From assembly GCF_009914755.1 (NCBI RefSeq), contig NC_060937.1: a DNA stretch of 64,000 bases, one strand, 5' to 3'. Position numbers and translations under genes: made by a program. Under the pieces are notes generated by a model, which worked only from the letters and a program-made list of their open reading frames with translations, ran no database searches and was not told the DNA's origin. Source of the DNA: the human T2T-CHM13v2.0 reference genome, Homo sapiens. Below, one piece after another: positions 57,526-64,000 of this stretch; positions within the stretch are counted from its first letter, which is position 1; every line of letters begins with the position of its first letter.

Positions 57526-58033
57526 TATTTGTCTTAACTTTTCATCTAACTTCTAAATTCCTGGCCCTGAGTACCATTGTTTTGTAGCCCCTATTCTACC
57601 TAGATTTCTCTGGATGGGAGTCAGTGCAAACTTCTTTTGTTATAAGAAGGTTGTATTCTGTCACTAGTGAGTAACGGAGGAAAAGCAATTAAGAATGGCC
57701 TTTTATTAAGATGCCAGCCTTTGTTGAGCAGTCTTGGTAATATCATAATTTGCAAAATTCAGAAGCTGATGTGAGAGTTCCAGGGCTGTCACCAAAACCC
57801 AGGTTTGACATCTGAATTTAACTGACACTGTTTGCCTGCTTTGAGGCTGTCCTTCCATTGTGTCTCTAACTGCAAATGAGAATGACTCCCCGAGGGAAGC
57901 CTTTGGGATCACAGATGCATCAACATCTGGGAATCAAATCTCTTTCAATTACATTAATTATCTGCTATGTGCAGGAGAAAGTTTTGAATCTAAAATAACA
58001 TTAATTTAATCTCAAGGTTAGAGAGAGATTTTA

Positions 58034-58330
<297 letters not shown>

Positions 58331-59213
58331 CTATATGCACACTGTAATGAAACTGTGATAAAACATATGCTCGGAAGCACATCCTTGAGGTACTTCGTGA
58401 GAGTGCCTGGTAAATCAAATGTCTGGGATGCTTGCTTCAGTCAATGAGGCAAAGGAAAGTCCGGCTGCCAAATTATTTACTTAAGAAGTGGTTATAATGT
58501 TATTTTACCCAGTTGGAACTGTCTGCCTATACTAGCTTAGTGCTCAATACAGTTCAATTCTGTTGATCATTTTTTTCGAAATCTCATGTACATTCTTCTC
58601 ATCTAAAGATGCCCGTTGCCATCGCTAAGCCACACTATTGTCCATCTCTTCCCAGTACAACCCACACCATGTGAATGTTGCAACACCACTTCCATCATGG
58701 TTCATCATGGTTCTCCTTGTATAAGTAGCTCACCTATTGAAGCAAGCCTAAACCTCCATCGCCTTGCCTCAGTCTGCAGCTGATGGTCTTCCACACCATT
58801 CCTGCAGGCAGCCTCTTCCTGGCAGTCAGGCTGGGCTCCTTGCTGAATGGTCTGTACAGTGTGCTCCTTGGTACCTGTTTTGCTTTTACCTATGCTATGG
58901 TCACTGGCTGTAACATCCTTCTCCTGTCCTGCTTCCCATGGTCAAATGTTTGTCATTCTCAAGGTCCTTTTAGGTTCTGCCCCACCTGGCTCTTTAGGCC
59001 CACACAACCTCTCCCCGTTTCTAAAAAGTGTTTATAGATTACAGCATGAATTTTGCTGTGGTTGTGTGTTTTTATGAGCATGTGTGACTATGTATGTATC
59101 TATAGATAGACACTGCTTGTAATTTCTTAAAGAAAACAGCTTCTACTTGTTTTGTTCAAAATGTCTGAAGCCAATTGTTTTTGTTTGCTTTTAGAAAAAA
59201 AAAAAACTGACAT

Positions 59214-59376
59214 CAAGGAGAGAGCATAACACAGCCCCCACTACCACCAATTATGCAGCCGAGTGAGTTTCCCACATTTGGGGAAATCACGGAAATCAGC
59301 ACATCAGAATGCAATGGGTAAGCTCACCCTGGGAAAAACCATTTTCATGATCATGCCATCTCCCCTGCCGGGTAAG
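59214..59376 (-). pseudogene. U1 snRNA pseudogene, near full length
   Basis: Reverse complement reads CTTACCCGGCAGGGGAGATGGCATGATCATGAAAATGGTTTTTCCCAGGG...TTTCCCCAAATGTGGGAAACTC...TGCATAATTGGTGGTAGTGGGGG, colinear with U1; many substitutions and a 4-bp duplication. Confidence 0.93.
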
Positions 59377-61879
59377 ACCAGTCTGTGAATTTCTCTGTTG
59401 TCATAACATATGCCCAGCAAACATGGATTTGTTATGTTCTACCTCACTTCTAGTGAGATATATCACTTAATGAAATAAGTGACTGAAAAGTCACAGAAGA
59501 TTTCAAAGCACCATGTTATCTGCCCTCCCTTGCCTCCTAGTCCGGAATCACCCCCTTTAGTTATCTCACCTCCCTTTATGTGATATTAAAGAATCATTTG
59601 AAAAGGCCAGAGGTTGTAGCTGGGATCAAAAGTCAGGCAGACAAATATGTCATGTGTCCATATTAACAACAATACACGTTTCTTCCTGATTTAGAAATCA
59701 GGCTATAGTTTCACAATAGTCAAAAACCAACAGCAAACCTGATAGTCAAAGCCTAGTAAGGTTCACTTCTTTCATTGTGTTAATGTATGAATATTTCAGC
59801 GACTAAGGCACGTTTCCAAGAAATAAGAATTAAGGGGAAAATGTAATTTAGCAATATTTTTACATAAAACCATTATGTGTTTAAATTTATATAAATTCCA
59901 TTTTGAAATATTTCTCAAATATTTCTCCAAATGTAAACAACAGATAAAAGACACATGAATCAATGCATTTGCATACATCTAATCTGAAGGTATAAATATT
60001 TTGGGTTTAAACTATTGATCTGAATATTGCACTGAACACTATCATTATTATCTTAATATGTTCATATAAGGTCCCAAGGTAATTCGACATTTTTAATGTG
60101 TCCTAATGGTAACATGATTTGACTATTATATTTACAAAAGCAACAACTAGCACCCTACTTTCTAGCAAACAATAATGTCATGTAGAATCTCTTAGAGAAA
60201 CTGCATGGGCTATGTGTTTCTTTAGTAATTTTTTCTTGGACAAATTTAAAGTTGTATCTTTTTATTTTCAGCAAGTATCATGCCTTGAAAAACCTCCCTT
60301 CTCTGTGGTTCTATGGTAAAGTATCAAGGGCATAGACTCTGAAACCTGATGGTCGCACATTCGGATTTTGATTCAGCTACTTCTTAACTGACTGGCACTG
60401 GGCAATTCACTTAATATCCCTGAGCATCAGTTTGGGTATCTGGAAAGGATACACTGGTGGTGGTACAATATTTACTATTTAAAGTTGAGATATGGCTAAA
60501 ATAAATAATTATTAATAAGGTTCCCCACTTGTTGGATTGATAGAACTGCCAGTACTTGCTAAAGGGAAACAAGTTGTAAAATACTACAAACTGTGTGGAG
60601 TTAGAAAGGCACCCTTGCTTCCTTTGCTACCCTCTATCTTTTGAAGGTAGTTGTGGTTCACAGGATCTCAGCAGCCAGAAATACTGCTGCTGATTTTATA
60701 ATTTTCCACCAGGCACTTGTGAATCACCATATGCTCTAACTTTTTTTTCTAAGAAATTCTGGCAGCATTTAAAAAATGAAGTCACTATGCCAATGTCAAT
60801 CTAAAGATGCCAATCTACAACTTAAAGTCTTTGCTACTTTTATTCTTCAACATGAAGTCCAAATCTCCACTGTTGACTTGTCATGGTCAGTGTCTTTGTC
60901 TAAATGACAGTGTATAATGACACATGGTGGGATTTTCTCTTTGTTTGAAGTCAGGTGGGGAAAGGGGTGGTGCACTTGACATGTCTTTATTATTTTTCTT
61001 TAAGAAACCCTTATTAAACCTTTAAAACTGATTTTTCCCACTCCCTTCAAACTTTGAAGGGTCTTTGTGCAGTTCACCCAGAACAGAACTCATCACACAG
61101 CACTGATACACAGGCTATGGGGAAGGGGAGATCAGGGGCACGGAGAAGCACAATGCAGGGGTTTAACAAGCATTTCATTAACTGAATTTAGGAACTCTAA
61201 CGTTCCTCCGAAGCAGACGGCTCCTTGCTCTAAGAGCTCCAGTGTCTTCCCACAGCCCATGCACCTGCATGGCCTTCCCACTGCTGACAACTCTGCCTCT
61301 ATTTCGTGCGCGTGCCTCATCAGCCACACATGTCCATCTTCCTAATGATCCTCGCGCTTGCTACTCATGGCCACCTCACGGTTCTTACACTTGCTGTCCA
61401 CCCCACATGCTTTCCCTCCCCAAGCGTCTTGCCATAGCATGCTCCCCCTGCTCTCTCTTTGTCTTTGTCTCTCTCTCTCTCTCACTCACTCATTTCAGTT
61501 AAGTTGTATGTCCCTTGAGTGCTACATCTGAAATAGAGCCTTCCCAAACTGATCTTGCCATTCTCTTATTCTGCTCTATTTTACTTCAAAGAGTTTATCA
61601 CTGCCTGAATTTCTATGTATTTTCAGTTCACTGTTTCTTCCACTAGGCTTTGTTCCACTAGTCTCTGGCCTCAGGAAGACTGGATGTTGTCTTTTTTTCT
61701 ACCGTATTCTCAGCATCAGAGCTGTGCCTGATCACGATAGAAACTCAAAGACTAAATGAATACATGAGTGTCATACATATATCGAATAGTAGACTTTCAA
61801 TTGTTGCATTTTCTAAAAAAGCAGGAAAGAGTCAGGGACTAGCATGGTATATAGCAGAGGGCTGACGTAGTTCCTTTAA

Positions 61880-62070
61880 CTGTATTATCTCATTTAATTA
61901 TTAAAAAATATGGAGTATCTTTCATTCTCATTTTAGAGCTGAAGCCTCTGATTTTAGAATTTAAATTGCCCAAGCTAAACTTGTCCAATCTAAAGATATA
62001 CACTTAGGAAGTGACTGCCAGCATTTAAGCCCTGGGTTTTAGATTCCAAATTTGATACTTTTGTCTCCAC
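61880..62070 (-). mobile_element. MIR remnant
   Basis: attctcattttagagctgaagcctctga...aaattgcccaag...atttaagccc. Confidence 0.55.
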
Positions 62071-62699
62071 ATAACACAGATGTAAAATAGTTTTTAAAGA
62101 AGCTTAGAGAGTTTACAGACTTGTTGATTTTTAGTTAAGTGGTTAATATTACTAGGTAATTGATTCAGCAGCTGGGATAAGATAAATAATTAAATGAATG
62201 TTTATATAAGCAAAGAGCCAAACCAGCAATTGAATCAATAAAGCCTACTATGCTTTCATTTTTCTCTGGCTCTCCTTTCCAACTTCCCTTGAATAAAGGT
62301 ATCCCTTAAAATTCAGTACATGTTCTTTTTGGTCTATGGAGATCTCATTCTTTTTGATGACTTCATAACCTTAATTTTGCATTTCTATGACTGACCTTCA
62401 GTTTGAATTCCAGTCCTGTCTCCTAATGTCTACTGAATATTCTCACTTTGAGTTTTTTTCGTTATGTCCTCAAAGTCAGTATTACTCTATGTCCCCAACT
62501 GGCTCCTTGTCCTAAATTTTCCTTCCCAGACACTAAGCGTTAGCCATATTTAATTACTTAGCCAAATAATTGTTATATCCTATTCATTCTTCCTTAAATT
62601 ATGTCTATATATTGCACTTACATCAAATTTACTATTTTCACTGCCAATATCATATTTCAAATCCATGTGCATTCACACCTCGATTGCTACAATAGCTGC

Positions 62700-64000
<1,301 letters not shown>

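Noticed and set aside
61290-61385. Small CpG cluster
   Set aside because: Under 100 bp and within L2-like sequence; too short to call a CpG island or promoter.

Overview
AT-rich primate DNA, most likely human given a human-specific AluYb8. It holds the 3' end of FGF14 (FHF4, chr13q33) on the minus strand. Present are the last two coding exons (6613-6811, 199 nt; 2837-2973, 137 coding nt), the 3.6 kb intron between them, the 3'UTR with several poly(A) hexamers, and about 57 kb of the large upstream intron. That intron is filled with Alu, L1, L2, MIR, LTR and MER repeats plus a full-length degenerate U1 snRNA copy. All other ORFs in the track look like repeat-derived or chance ORFs. I found no convincing new multi-gene system. 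The best leads are local structures: a 36-bp direct repeat bracketing the penultimate exon, face-to-face poly(A) signals at 838-877, a ~300-bp fold-back inverted repeat around a compound microsatellite, a young AluYb8, an antisense solo LTR2B-like element, a sense-oriented U1 pseudogene, and several small duplications and inversions. Repeat subfamily names come from recognising consensus motifs by eye; boundaries of old repeats are approximate.
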